64,000 nucleotides of DNA from Limnothrix sp. BL-A-16. Lineage in GTDB: Bacteria > Cyanobacteriota > Cyanobacteriia > CACIAM-69d. The position numbers were made by a program, and so were the translations under genes. The stretch's first letter is position 1; each line of letters starts with the position of its first letter. Positions 10,196 through 19,856 of the stretch are shown here, in pieces. The DNA is taken from NCBI GenBank assembly GCA_041937175.2, contig CP166615.1:1312001-1376000 (forward strand), read 5' to 3'. Under the pieces are notes generated by a model, which made no database searches, had not been told where the DNA came from, and saw only the letters and a list, made by a program, of their open reading frames with translations.

Positions 10196-12141
10196 TAAGG
10201 GGCTCCAACGGTGATAAAGGCAGACCAGTCCCGAGGATTTGGATGCTGTTTGATGGTTTCCAGCATGGCGCTGCGCAGGGCGACAGCGGTATCGGGATTG
10301 CGCTGAAGTGCTTGATAAAAGGCAATCATCAGCGTTTTGGTGGGGTTGTCGGGCACTTTCCAAAGGGAAGCCACCACCGTGGGCACGCCGGCCACTAGGA
10401 ACGATCGCGCCAGACCCATCACCCCATCACCCGTAATGCGACCCCGACCAGTATTACAAGCACTCAACACCACGAGCTGGGCTTGCAAGCGCATGGTGGC
10501 GATTTCTGCGGCTCGTAACAGACCATCATCCCCTCGGGAGGGAGCCAGGGCCAAGAGGCCGGGCACGGCCGGCTGCACCACCCCTTCCCCCGCTAAGGCG
10601 AGGTTGGCATTGTTGCCATTGACCGTTACGTTGCCGCCAATGATCACAGAGCCAGGGCTGACAATTACGCCGCCGTGGCGAGCTTTGGGGGCGTTGGGAT
10701 CGCGCGGGCGGCCAAACTCGTTCAAATTGGCATCCAGATCCAAGACCCCGTGGGTGGCGAAATGCAGGATCCGTTGATGGGGCATTTCAGCCACGATCGC
10801 GCTTTTGGTGGCTTGATCGGTCAGCAGCGGTTGCACCCCCAGCATTTGAGCCACCGCCTGGGCTTCGGTTTCGGCTCCGGGCAAAGGAGCCAGCCGCTCC
10901 CGTTGGCCGTCGGGGCCGGCGGGCACTTCGGGCATTAAGACCGGGTTACCCACCACCAGGCCGGGCTGGGCCGCAGGGGTTTGCGTTTTACGGCGTTGCT
11001 CAGCAATGGCTAACACCTGAAGGGATGGCGTTGTGGCGATCGTCTGGGTTTGAACCAGGTAATCGCCGTTGGGATTCTGGAGGGCCGCAAAGGGAACCAG
11101 GTTAGTGGCCCCTTGCACCACAAACACCAAACGCTGTTTGGGATCGCGGGGCAATTGAGGGGCGATCGGGGCGATCAACAATTGGTAGAGTCGTTTTAGC
11201 TCGGTGGTGGCGCTGTCGGCGGTGGGTAACACAGCGGTCATGGCTCCCCGGGCCGCCAACACCAATTCCGTGAGGGATTTGGCGGACACTTGGGCGAGAT
11301 CCACCTCCTTGAAGGCGATCGACCCATTGGGTTGCACGGTCCAAATGGCGACGATCGAGTCGTCTTCCAATTCATCACCAATAATCTTCGGGGTTTTGCC
11401 CAAGACCGCATAGGTGACGAGGGTCGCGTTGAGCTGTTTGGCCAGTTGGCGAATTTGCCCGATCGACAGGGATTCAGTTGTGGGCTGGCGGGCGGCCTGT
11501 TGCATCAACACTTCCACCAGCGCCCGGGCCCGACCCCGTTCGGCCCACTCCAGGGCCGCCTCAGTTTTGCCTTGGACAATCAGCGTTCGCAACAGTTGGC
11601 GATAGGCGTAGCTTTGTTGTTCCAGCAGCGTCACCCGTTGAATATCGTTTAAGTCGCCGCTGGCTCGTTTGGTTTCCCAAGACTGAATCGCCATCAACAG
11701 ATGCTTTTCGGCGGCCGCATAGTCGCGGGTGCGATATTCCGCAATGGCCAACCGACTCAGCCAAGTTTCGTTGCCCGGGTTCCCGTTGGCAAAACGCCGC
11801 AACAGGGGAATGGCCTCCGCATCCCGCCCCAACAGCATCAGACATTGGGCCAGGGGGCCAACGGCCTCGGGGCGATTCCCGCCCCCTTGGTCGATCGCCT
11901 GTTGGTACAACCGGGCAGCTTCGGCGTATTGATCTTGGCGATAGAACAATTCATCGGCCCGTTGAATGAGGCGATCGACCTCGAGATTTTGGGCCCGGTG
12001 GGGAAGCAGGGGGCGGGACTGGGGCCGTTGATCGTTGGGGATCAAGCGCCCGGCCGCCGTCACGGGCCCGCCGAGGCTGACCGATCCCCCCACGAGCGAG
12101 ATCGTCACCATTGCTAACCAGTGCCATCGCCAAGCCACCAT
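10195..12141 (-). CDS. TPR + CHAT (caspase-fold peptidase) protein with a predicted signal peptide
   Basis: Catalytic His motif LHFATHG and Cys motif VVLSACNTGRG; VASLWKV and P.DWSAF motifs; N-terminal TPR-like helices. Start placed at ATG 12141. Confidence 0.9.
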   Translation of the reverse strand: MVAWRWHWLAMVTISLVGGSVSLGGPVTAAGRLIPNDQRPQSRPLLPHRAQNLEVDRLIQRADELFYRQDQYAEAARLYQQAIDQGGGNRPEAVGPLAQCLMLLGRDAEAIPLLRRFANGNPGNETWLSRLAIAEYRTRDYAAAEKHLLMAIQSWETKRASGDLNDIQRVTLLEQQSYAYRQLLRTLIVQGKTEAALEWAERGRARALVEVLMQQAARQPTTESLSIGQIRQLAKQLNATLVTYAVLGKTPKIIGDELEDDSIVAIWTVQPNGSIAFKEVDLAQVSAKSLTELVLAARGAMTAVLPTADSATTELKRLYQLLIAPIAPQLPRDPKQRLVFVVQGATNLVPFAALQNPNGDYLVQTQTIATTPSLQVLAIAEQRRKTQTPAAQPGLVVGNPVLMPEVPAGPDGQRERLAPLPGAETEAQAVAQMLGVQPLLTDQATKSAIVAEMPHQRILHFATHGVLDLDANLNEFGRPRDPNAPKARHGGVIVSPGSVIIGGNVTVNGNNANLALAGEGVVQPAVPGLLALAPSRGDDGLLRAAEIATMRLQAQLVVLSACNTGRGRITGDGVMGLARSFLVAGVPTVVASLWKVPDNPTKTLMIAFYQALQRNPDTAVALRSAMLETIKQHPNPRDWSAFITVGAP

Positions 12142-12238
12142 AGGGCGCTCTCCGTTGATTAACCCAAACCGGGCTACCATGACTGCAATTCCACTTCTGT
12201 TCTATCAGATCCATCAGCTCTGTCCGATTGCGCTGCCC

Positions 12239-13774
12239 ATGGCTCGGTTGCCCCGCTTAAGTTTTGATCGCGGCACTCTGATTTTGCATCCACCGCCCAA
12301 GGGCCGCAGTTGGATTGAATGGGCCGTTTGGGACGATCGAATCGAAAAGTTTCGGATTCCGGCGCATCAATACCGATCGCTGGTGGAACGCTTGCGGGCC
12401 GAGGCGATCGAGTTTCAGGACGAGGCCAAGGAATTTGCCCCCCTGGAACTGCAACCCCGGTTGCAAATGGAACCCTATCCCCACCAGCAGGAGGCCCTAG
12501 CGGCCTGGAAACAGGCGGGTCGCCAAGGGGTGGTGGTGTTGCCAACGGCGGCGGGCAAAACCTACTTAGCCCAAATGGCCATGGTGGCTACACCGCGCAG
12601 CACGTTGGTGATTGTGCCCACGCTGGATTTGATGCACCAGTGGTATGCCCATTGGTCGGCGGCGTTTCCCGATGTGGCGGTGGGGTTGTTGGGGGGTGGC
12701 TCGCGCGATCGAACGCCCCTGTTGGTGGCCACCTACGACAGCGCCGCCATCCATGCCGAAACCCTGGGCAATCAGTATGGTCTGTTGATTTTTGATGAAT
12801 GTCATCACCTGCCCAGCCAGTTTTATCGGGCGATCGCCGATTGTTCGATCGCCCCGTACCGATTGGGGCTAACGGCCACGCCCGATCGGGCGGATGGTCG
12901 CCATGTGGATTTGGATGAGCTGATTGGGCCCGAGGTCTATCGCAAAGCGCCGGAGGACTTGTCGGGCAAAGCCTTAGCCGATCACGAGGTGGTGCAAATT
13001 CGGGTGAATTTAGCTGATCGGGAGCGGGCCCGCTACGAGGCCTTGATTCAAACCCGAAATCAATTTTTGCGATCGCAGAAAATTAGCTTTGGCTCCCTGG
13101 ATGGTTGGCAGCGGTTTATTCAGGTTTCTGCCCGATCGGCCGAAGGCCGCCGGGCCTTGCTGGCGCACCACGAGGCCAAGGCGATCGCCCTCGGCACCGA
13201 TGGCAAATTGCGCCTATTAGCGGATTTATTGGCTCAACATCACCCCGATCGGGTGTTGATTTTCACCAACGACAACGCCACGGTCTATCGAATTTCCCAG
13301 GAATTCTTGATCCCCGCCATCACCCACCAAACGCCGGTCAAGGAGCGTCACGAAATTCTGCAAAAGTTCAAACAGGGGGACTATTGCACGATCGTTGTGG
13401 CCAATGTGTTGGATGAAGGGGTAGATGTGCCCGATGCGAAGGTGGCGATTTTCTTGGCGGGCAGTGGTTCCACCCGACAGTTCATTCAGCGGTTAGGGCG
13501 AATTTTGCGCAAGGGCAGTGAACCGGGCAAACGGGCCATTCTTTACGAAGTGGTGGCGGCGGACACGGTGGAGGAACGCACGAGCGATCGCCGCCGCCCC
13601 ACCGCCCCATCGGCAGCCCCACCCGATCGCGCCAAGGGCCAACTCACCTTGCTGCCCAGTCCGTCTTCCGGGCGATCGCCTCTGAAGGCCGCTGAGACCA
13701 AACCTCGCTATGGATCTCGCCAGCCGCCGGAAACGCCTGCGCCCGATCCCGATTCTGAAGAAGCTGAGCAGTAA
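12239..13774 (+). CDS. XPB/Rad25-like superfamily 2 helicase
   Basis: Walker A LPTAAGKT, DECH, LGLTATP, LDEGVDVPDA, QRLGRILR. Start at ATG 12239 (MARLPRLSFDRGTL) avoids overlap with the divergent gene. Confidence 0.9.
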   Translation: MARLPRLSFDRGTLILHPPPKGRSWIEWAVWDDRIEKFRIPAHQYRSLVERLRAEAIEFQDEAKEFAPLELQPRLQMEPYPHQQEALAAWKQAGRQGVVVLPTAAGKTYLAQMAMVATPRSTLVIVPTLDLMHQWYAHWSAAFPDVAVGLLGGGSRDRTPLLVATYDSAAIHAETLGNQYGLLIFDECHHLPSQFYRAIADCSIAPYRLGLTATPDRADGRHVDLDELIGPEVYRKAPEDLSGKALADHEVVQIRVNLADRERARYEALIQTRNQFLRSQKISFGSLDGWQRFIQVSARSAEGRRALLAHHEAKAIALGTDGKLRLLADLLAQHHPDRVLIFTNDNATVYRISQEFLIPAITHQTPVKERHEILQKFKQGDYCTIVVANVLDEGVDVPDAKVAIFLAGSGSTRQFIQRLGRILRKGSEPGKRAILYEVVAADTVEERTSDRRRPTAPSAAPPDRAKGQLTLLPSPSSGRSPLKAAETKPRYGSRQPPETPAPDPDSEEAEQ

Positions 13775-13854
13775 CGGAGGGGACTTGCAAAGCATCGATC
13801 ACCCTCGGGACAAACAGAGGGGATCTGCAAAGCACCGATCACAGTTGGGACAAA
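13775..13854. repeat. 40-bp imperfect tandem duplication ending at the foot of a REP-like palindrome
   Basis: cggaggggacttgcaaagcatcgatcaccctcgggacaaa followed by cagaggggatctgcaaagcaccgatcacagttgggacaaa. Confidence 0.85.
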
Positions 13855-13861
13855 GGGCTTA

Positions 13862-14003
13862 GGGCCTGTCGTCAAATCACCTGAAGCCCTGATTCCACCG
13901 TTAGCAGATCGTGGAGGACAAGATGCTCAAGCCCCTTGTTACGACGATTGGGGCATGGAAAATCAACCGTTGTTGTCTGATCTCAGGAAATGACGACAGG
14001 GCT
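13862..14003. mobile_element. 142-bp inner MITE (IS427-like) inserted in a free-standing REP-like palindrome
   Basis: Left end GGGCCTGTCGTCAAAT, degenerate right end AATGACGACAGGGCT; flanks CAAAGGGCTTA ... TCAGCCCCTTG; interior collinear with 9986-10128. Confidence 0.85.
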
Positions 14004-14040
14004 TCAGCCCCTTGTCTGCATTTCGAGCCTGGCGTGGAAT

Positions 14041-15447
14041 TTAGAGCGCATTACGCAGTTCCCGCAATTGTTGCAAACCGGCTTGATCCTGTCGATCGCG
14101 GTAGATCACTTCCGCCGCCTGGAGATCTGCCCGCGCCGCCCCCCGATCGCCCCGGGAGCGATGGGCCCTCGCTCGATTCAACAGGACGTTGGCATAGGTG
14201 GGCTGTAACCGCAGGGCCTCGGAATAATCCGCGATCGCCCCGAGCCAATCGCGCATTCCGGCCCGGGCTAACCCCCTGGCATGGAAGGCTTCCGCATAGT
14301 CCACATTCACCCGCAGGGCCGCTGAATAGTCCGCGATCGCAGCTTCAAAGTTGCGTCGCTGATGATAAACCATCCCTCGGTTGACATAGGCATTGGCATA
14401 GAGCGGATCCAGTTCGATCGCCCGGTTCAAGTCCGCCAGGGCCTCCCGAATTTGTCCCATTTGGAAATAGCCTAACCCGCGTAGGTTATAGGCTTCGGCC
14501 ACTTGGGGATCCACCGCGATCGCCTGGCCGTAGTCGGCCATGGCCCGGTTGCGATCGCCCGCAATGTGGCGCAACAGGCCGCGCTTCACCCAGCCGCTGG
14601 CCTGTTGGGGCCGCAGGGCCACCACCCGATCCAAATCCGCCGCCGCGCCCGGGCGATCGCCCCGGTCAAACCGCAACACGCCACGATTAAACAGGGCTTC
14701 CGCCGATTGGGGATTCCGGTCGATCGCCGCGTCAAAATCCGCCAAGGCCGCCGCCCCGTCGCCCCGTTGGCGGTGAACCGTTCCCCGGTTGATGTAGGCA
14801 TTCACATAGTTGGGATCGAGGGCGATCGCCCGATCGTAATCCGCCAAAGCCGCGGCCCAATCTTGTTGATCGCGATAGGCATTGCCCCGGTTGTAGTAAA
14901 TGGTTGGGTCATCCGCTTTTTGACTCAGGGCCGCTGAATAGTCTGCGATCGCCCCGGCCAGGTCGCCCCGGGCCCGACGCACCACCCCCCGATTCACCAG
15001 AGCATTAGTCAATTGCGGATCCAAACGCAGGGCTTCGGTATAGTCCGCGATCGCCGCTTCCGCCGCCTGCAAGTTCCATTGGGCATTGCCCCGGCTGTAA
15101 TAGAGCCGAGCCAGTTGGGCGGGGGGCAGTTGACCCGCCGGTTGCAGTTCGATCGCCTTGGAAAAGTCCGCCACTGCCCCGGCGAAGTCGCGACTACGGA
15201 GCCGTTCTTGGGCCCGGTTGGCAAAAAAGTCCGCAGATTCCTGACCGATCGCCCCTTCGGAGTCGGTAGTTTGGGCCATCCAGTGATCGGCAGCCGGAGC
15301 CAAGTTGGGTTGTGGCAGCGACGGCGCGATCGCCCTAGCCGTTGTGGCTAAGCACAAACTCGCAACGGAACCACTGATTAGGATTAGCCCTTTGCGCCAT
15401 TGCCCTTTACGCCACCGTTCTTCACGCCATTGTTCTTGTCTCATCAA
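14041..15447 (-). CDS. Tetratricopeptide repeat protein with N-terminal signal/TM segment
   Basis: Many consecutive 34-aa repeats (AY.NRG...A.ADY..AL..P). Confidence 0.92.
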   Translation of the reverse strand: MMRQEQWREERWRKGQWRKGLILISGSVASLCLATTARAIAPSLPQPNLAPAADHWMAQTTDSEGAIGQESADFFANRAQERLRSRDFAGAVADFSKAIELQPAGQLPPAQLARLYYSRGNAQWNLQAAEAAIADYTEALRLDPQLTNALVNRGVVRRARGDLAGAIADYSAALSQKADDPTIYYNRGNAYRDQQDWAAALADYDRAIALDPNYVNAYINRGTVHRQRGDGAAALADFDAAIDRNPQSAEALFNRGVLRFDRGDRPGAAADLDRVVALRPQQASGWVKRGLLRHIAGDRNRAMADYGQAIAVDPQVAEAYNLRGLGYFQMGQIREALADLNRAIELDPLYANAYVNRGMVYHQRRNFEAAIADYSAALRVNVDYAEAFHARGLARAGMRDWLGAIADYSEALRLQPTYANVLLNRARAHRSRGDRGAARADLQAAEVIYRDRQDQAGLQQLRELRNAL

Positions 15448-15461
15448 TTTCTCTCAAGCCG

Positions 15462-15920
15462 TTAGGTCAAACTGGGCACGCGATCGACCGCCCGTTGACC
15501 GCCCCAGCGCGAGACGATCGCATCGTCATATTCATCCGCCAAGGACAAAACCGCCTGCACCGATGCTTCCAATTCCGGGCGATCGCACTCAGAACCCACG
15601 ATCGCATGGTTTAGGAAAATATCACCATCGGCATCGATTCCAAAAGCCCCAAACAGCAACCGATCATTCTCACGTAATAGATAGTGCATCAGCTCCGGTG
15701 ACAAATCCACATTGGTCACCACATAGGAGCGCGTGTTCACCACCGCATCATCATCCCCCCAGGGCAACACCTCCACCAACACACAGGCAGAACCGGCGGT
15801 GATGTAAGCCGTGGGATGGGGCGCTTCCATATCAATCACCACATCGGACCAAATCCCTTGGAGCCAAGGAAAAATCTTCTCGTAACAGCTTTTTTGGGCT
15901 TCGGTTTTAAATGTCGCCAT
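15462..15920 (-). CDS. YbjN-like / type III secretion chaperone-fold protein
   Basis: GSA.V.VEVLPWG, LMHYLLREN....FGAFGID.DGDI and ADEYDD.IV.RWGG motifs; start at ATG 15920. Confidence 0.8.
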   Translation of the reverse strand: MATFKTEAQKSCYEKIFPWLQGIWSDVVIDMEAPHPTAYITAGSACVLVEVLPWGDDDAVVNTRSYVVTNVDLSPELMHYLLRENDRLLFGAFGIDADGDIFLNHAIVGSECDRPELEASVQAVLSLADEYDDAIVSRWGGQRAVDRVPSLT

Positions 15921-16130
15921 GCGGATCACCCCAAACCTATGTTGAAAAACAATCTCCTCAGCGGCAGATGATCCGCCAGCAACTCCAGCAACGGCCCTGA
16001 ATCGCCAGGGTGGGAGCTTGCTGAATTGGGCCGGCTCGATCGGGCTGCAATATTGCCGTTTTAACAAAAATCCAGAACTCCCGTCCTGATGTGGCCAATC
16101 ATTACAGCTTTTACCGGCTTGCGACTCTAA

Positions 16131-16261
16131 GAGGATGTCTGAGAAGTATCTTTCAGTATGGGCTGAAGATTAATTGTCGTAGGAACAAGGGGCTTAAGCC
16201 CCTTGTCTACATCGATCTCTGGGGCGTACAGAGTAGCAATTTTGGCTTTTCAGACATCCTC
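16131..16261. mobile_element. 131-bp MITE (outer type) carrying the REP-like palindrome
   Basis: Same TIRs and length as 5754-5884; TAA duplication (16128-16130, 16262-16264); palindrome at 16186-16205. Confidence 0.92.
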
Positions 16262-17706
16262 TAAGAACCGACCGCCCTCAGCAGTTCCGCGAAGGGTTGC
16301 CAATCGTCGGCCTGGTCGATCGCCTCCCAAACACGCTCAATTTCGGGCCGGACGATCGTGATCAACGGGTTAGCCCGCTGGAGTTGGCCAGCCACGGCCG
16401 CCAAGTCCTGATCCGATTGCTGTTGCAAAATTCGCCCATAAACTTCACACCATTTTCCCCAATAGGCCAGGGTTTCTCCTTGAGGGTTGCTGTCAGCGGG
16501 CCCCACCCAAAAGGGGCGATCGTTGGCATAGTCTTCCGGGCGATCGCGCCAACTGGGGGAAAAATGGCTGCGCAGTTTGGCAAAGAACGCGTGATAGGGC
16601 GTTTGGGAAACGGCCAAAAATTGCACCGTTGCCTCCACCAAATCATCCGCCTCCGTCTCTGCCAAATGCTCAAACCCCAGCCGGGCCGCCATTAACCGGC
16701 GATATTCTTGAGCATATTGTTCTGGGAATCGTTCCAGTCCGGCTTCTAAATCCGCCACCGGCATCACCATCTCCAACGGCCGTTGCAACAGCTCTAAATT
16801 CAGGCGACAAATGGTGGGTTGGTTGCCATAGGCATAGCGGCCGTAATAGTCAAAATAGGCCGCCGTAAATCGCAAATCGTAGGTAGGAATGAAGGCATAG
16901 GGGCCATAGTCGAAACTCTGGCCCGTGATCAACATATTGTCCGTGTTCAAAACCGCATGGCAGAACCCCGCCGCCATCCATTGGGCACAAAGCCGCGCCA
17001 CTCGCTCCACCAATTCCGCATAGAGCTTGGCTTTCCAATCCCGATCGCCCGCCCAATGGCCATAGTAGGTTTCCAGCACATGGGCCAACAGGCGATCGAT
17101 TAAATCGGGCCGCTTCAAATAGTGCAGGCGCTCAAACGTGCCAAATCGAATGTGGCTTTCTCCCATCCGCACAATTACGGACGATCGCGTGGGCGAGGGT
17201 TCATCTCCCCGCCATAGTTTTTCGCCCGTTTCAATCAGTGACAAGGTGCGTGATGTGTTGACCCCCAACCGATCGAGCATCTCCGTCGCCAACACTTCCC
17301 GCACGCCACCCTTGAGGGTTAAGCGCCCATCGCCGTTGCGGGAATAGGGGGTTTGGCCAGATCCTTTCGTGGCCAAATCATAAAGAACGCCGTCTTGGCC
17401 CCGCACTTGGCCATATAAAAACCCCCGTCCATCGCCCAATCGCGGGTTATATTCCCCAAACTGATAGCCGTGGTAACGCATGGCCAGCAGCGGTTCCCGT
17501 CCGACAAATTGCCCAAAGGCCGCCACAAAATCATCGTCACGAACCGCCGCCGGATCTAGCCCCAGCTTCGGCAGCAGGTGATCATTCCGAAAGCGCAATT
17601 GATGCATCGGAAATTCGGCGGCCGCCACCGGGTCAAAATAATCGTCCCCCAGTGACTGAAAAGCGGGTTCGTAATCCAAACGCAGAAATGGATTGGCGGG
17701 GGTCAT
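16261..17706 (-). CDS. selO: SelO/YdiU family protein adenylyltransferase
   Basis: YHGYQFG...[43 protein letters not shown] motifs. Confidence 0.93.
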   Translation of the reverse strand: MTPANPFLRLDYEPAFQSLGDDYFDPVAAAEFPMHQLRFRNDHLLPKLGLDPAAVRDDDFVAAFGQFVGREPLLAMRYHGYQFGEYNPRLGDGRGFLYGQVRGQDGVLYDLATKGSGQTPYSRNGDGRLTLKGGVREVLATEMLDRLGVNTSRTLSLIETGEKLWRGDEPSPTRSSVIVRMGESHIRFGTFERLHYLKRPDLIDRLLAHVLETYYGHWAGDRDWKAKLYAELVERVARLCAQWMAAGFCHAVLNTDNMLITGQSFDYGPYAFIPTYDLRFTAAYFDYYGRYAYGNQPTICRLNLELLQRPLEMVMPVADLEAGLERFPEQYAQEYRRLMAARLGFEHLAETEADDLVEATVQFLAVSQTPYHAFFAKLRSHFSPSWRDRPEDYANDRPFWVGPADSNPQGETLAYWGKWCEVYGRILQQQSDQDLAAVAGQLQRANPLITIVRPEIERVWEAIDQADDWQPFAELLRAVGS

Positions 17707-18137
17707 GGTTATGAATGGGAATCGGTTGGGAATAATTGAGAAAACTAATTTAAGAAATTAAATCGTAACTGTTTGGATCGATCTGGTGGATGATTCACAC
17801 ATTTGCGGTATTCTGGGGTGCGATTATTTGCGGAGTAGCCGCGCAAAGCCTGTTCGCAAGGCATGGTTTTGGGTGCTCACTGCGGGACGATTGACGACCC
17901 AAACAACCGCCGCGATTCTCCCAAAGCAGGGCAGGATTCACGAAAAAATCTTGCCATCTGGGGCCCCCAATTGCGGCGAGTTCAGACCCAGCGCGATCGC
18001 CCATCTGGGCCAAGGCAAGGGCCCGAAAAAGATCCTTCGATCGGGGCCAAGGGCGATCGCCGCGCTGTTGAATTCTACAGTGGGAATGGGCTGGGATCGA
18101 TCGAGCCAGCCAAGGGGTCTGGCAACCTTGAATCTCC

Positions 18138-18581
18138 CTAGATAATGAAATTGCTGTCTTGGCCTTTAGCCGCTTGCCAACTGCGGGCATCAAAGTAAAG
18201 ATCTTCCAGGGAAATTCGATCGAGCGCGTCACCAATTTTCTGAGCCAGCCGCTTCCAGAGCGATCGCATTACCCAATCTTCTGCCAAATCTGCACCCATC
18301 TCTTGCCCCAGCGCAGCGGTGAATGATTCGCCCACCGCCCGCAGAATTTCTCCCAAAAAAATTTCCTTAGGGTCGCGGGCCAGTTGATAGCCACCTCGAG
18401 TGCCCCGCAGCGACTCCACCAGCCCCGCCCGCCGCAGCTCAATGAGCAATTTTTCCAGATAGGGCATTGGAATATTTTGGCGCTGGGCAATGGCGCGGAC
18501 AGGACAAGGGCCAAGACCGCGTTGCAAGGCGAGATCCAGCATCGCTTTGATGCTGTAGCGTCCGCGAGCAGTTAGCTTCAT
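18138..18581 (-). CDS. Rrf2 family transcriptional regulator
   Basis: MKLTARGRYS, YLEKLLIELRRAGLVES.RG..GGYQLA; no C-terminal Cys triad. Confidence 0.92.
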   Translation of the reverse strand: MKLTARGRYSIKAMLDLALQRGLGPCPVRAIAQRQNIPMPYLEKLLIELRRAGLVESLRGTRGGYQLARDPKEIFLGEILRAVGESFTAALGQEMGADLAEDWVMRSLWKRLAQKIGDALDRISLEDLYFDARSWQAAKGQDSNFII

Positions 18582-19186
18582 GGCTGGAACCATGACTCCC
18601 GATCGCCCCGTTTTGCTCCCAGAACCGGCGCTAAATCGCCCCCAGTGCGCCGTTCTTGTGCCGCGAAGATTATCAAGATCATTCCTCAAGTTTGCTGCCG
18701 ACCACGGTGCTTCAATGGCTCAAGAACGCCAGAATCGCCATCTGATCTTGCAAAATTCTGATGGTTAATCCCTCCTCAGACGAGAATAGGGATGTTTGGA
18801 GATCCTGTCAGCAGATCTACTGAATCAGACAATCATTGATTTTTTGAAAAAACCACTAGCGATTTAACACAAATCGTGTACCATGATGGAGCCTGATGCT
18901 AGCATGAAATTACCTTCTTGAAGTTTAAAAACACCGCTCGGCTTGGTTGGTGGAACTCATCTCCCCAATCTTCCGATTCAAGCAACTTGTCCCAGGGAAT
19001 CTTTTGGGAATCACTGGGATGTTCAAAGGCGTTTGCTGGCAAGAAGGAAGCTGCCGATCGGAACAATTCCGGTTTGCAGCCATTGCCGCGATCATCTTCG
19101 CCTTTCGCCTGAGATCCGGCAAACGCTGTATCAGTGAATTCATTCATTACTCTCTAGATTGACCAGCCTGTTGGATTAAAACAGCA

Positions 19187-19570
19187 ATGAGCAAGCGCAA
19201 AAAGACCGACCCGCAACCCTTGACCGGTGCCCAACTACTGGAAAAGGTCAAGGAACTGGAAAACGCCAGCAAGGAAGAAAAGGCGCGGGCCTGTGGTTAC
19301 TACACCACGACCAAGGATGGCGTTGATCGCGTCAACATGATGAAGTTCTATAACGCGTTGATTGACGCGGAAGGGATTGAACTCGATAACAAAGCAAAGC
19401 CCAATGGTCGGGGCGGCCGCAGTGCAAGTTATCGGATTACGGTGCAGTCGAATGGCAATTTGTTGATTGGCTCGGCTTACACCAAGCAAATGGATCTGAA
19501 GCCGGGTGATGAGTTTGAAATTACCCTGGGCCGCAAGCATATTCACCTGAAACAGGTGGAAGGCAATTAA
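19187..19570 (+). CDS. calB: Cyanobacterial AbrB-like regulator, cyAbrB2/CalB (Sll0822) clade
   Basis: SKEEKARACGYY, RVNMMKF.NALIDAEGI, GRGGRSASYRI.VQSNGNLLIGSAYTKQM motifs. Confidence 0.92.
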   Translation: MSKRKKTDPQPLTGAQLLEKVKELENASKEEKARACGYYTTTKDGVDRVNMMKFYNALIDAEGIELDNKAKPNGRGGRSASYRITVQSNGNLLIGSAYTKQMDLKPGDEFEITLGRKHIHLKQVEGN

Positions 19571-19699
19571 GCTCGAATCTGGTTGTTTCGGCTAATCGTT
19601 ATCGTGACGATTTCCATTGAGCATGGCGTGATCATGCAGTGCGCATGATCCAGTTGCATGATCAATGCATGATCAATCGGTCATCAGGAATGCTGACTG

Positions 19700-19721
19700 A
19701 CAAGGGGCCTTGGCCCCTTGT
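19700..19721. repeat. Variant of the REP-like palindrome; possible terminator
   Basis: ACAAGGGGCC-TT-GGCCCCTTGT followed by a T-rich tract, between convergent genes. Confidence 0.7.
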
Positions 19722-19856
19722 TTTGTTTTGCGGGTGTTTGGCTGTGGAGCGATCGGGCTGTGGAGTTGGTGACGGATTGGCTCTTTTGTTTCTCACATCG
19801 AGTGAACCAGGCGTGCGGCCCTGCGCCCGCTGGCAGATCCTATGGCGCGGAAATGG

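Noticed and set aside
13911..14384. ORFs starting in or crossing MITEs (also 9342-9563, 10128-10325, 38986-39207)
   Set aside because: They are translations of repeat sequence or antisense DNA, with no transposase motifs.
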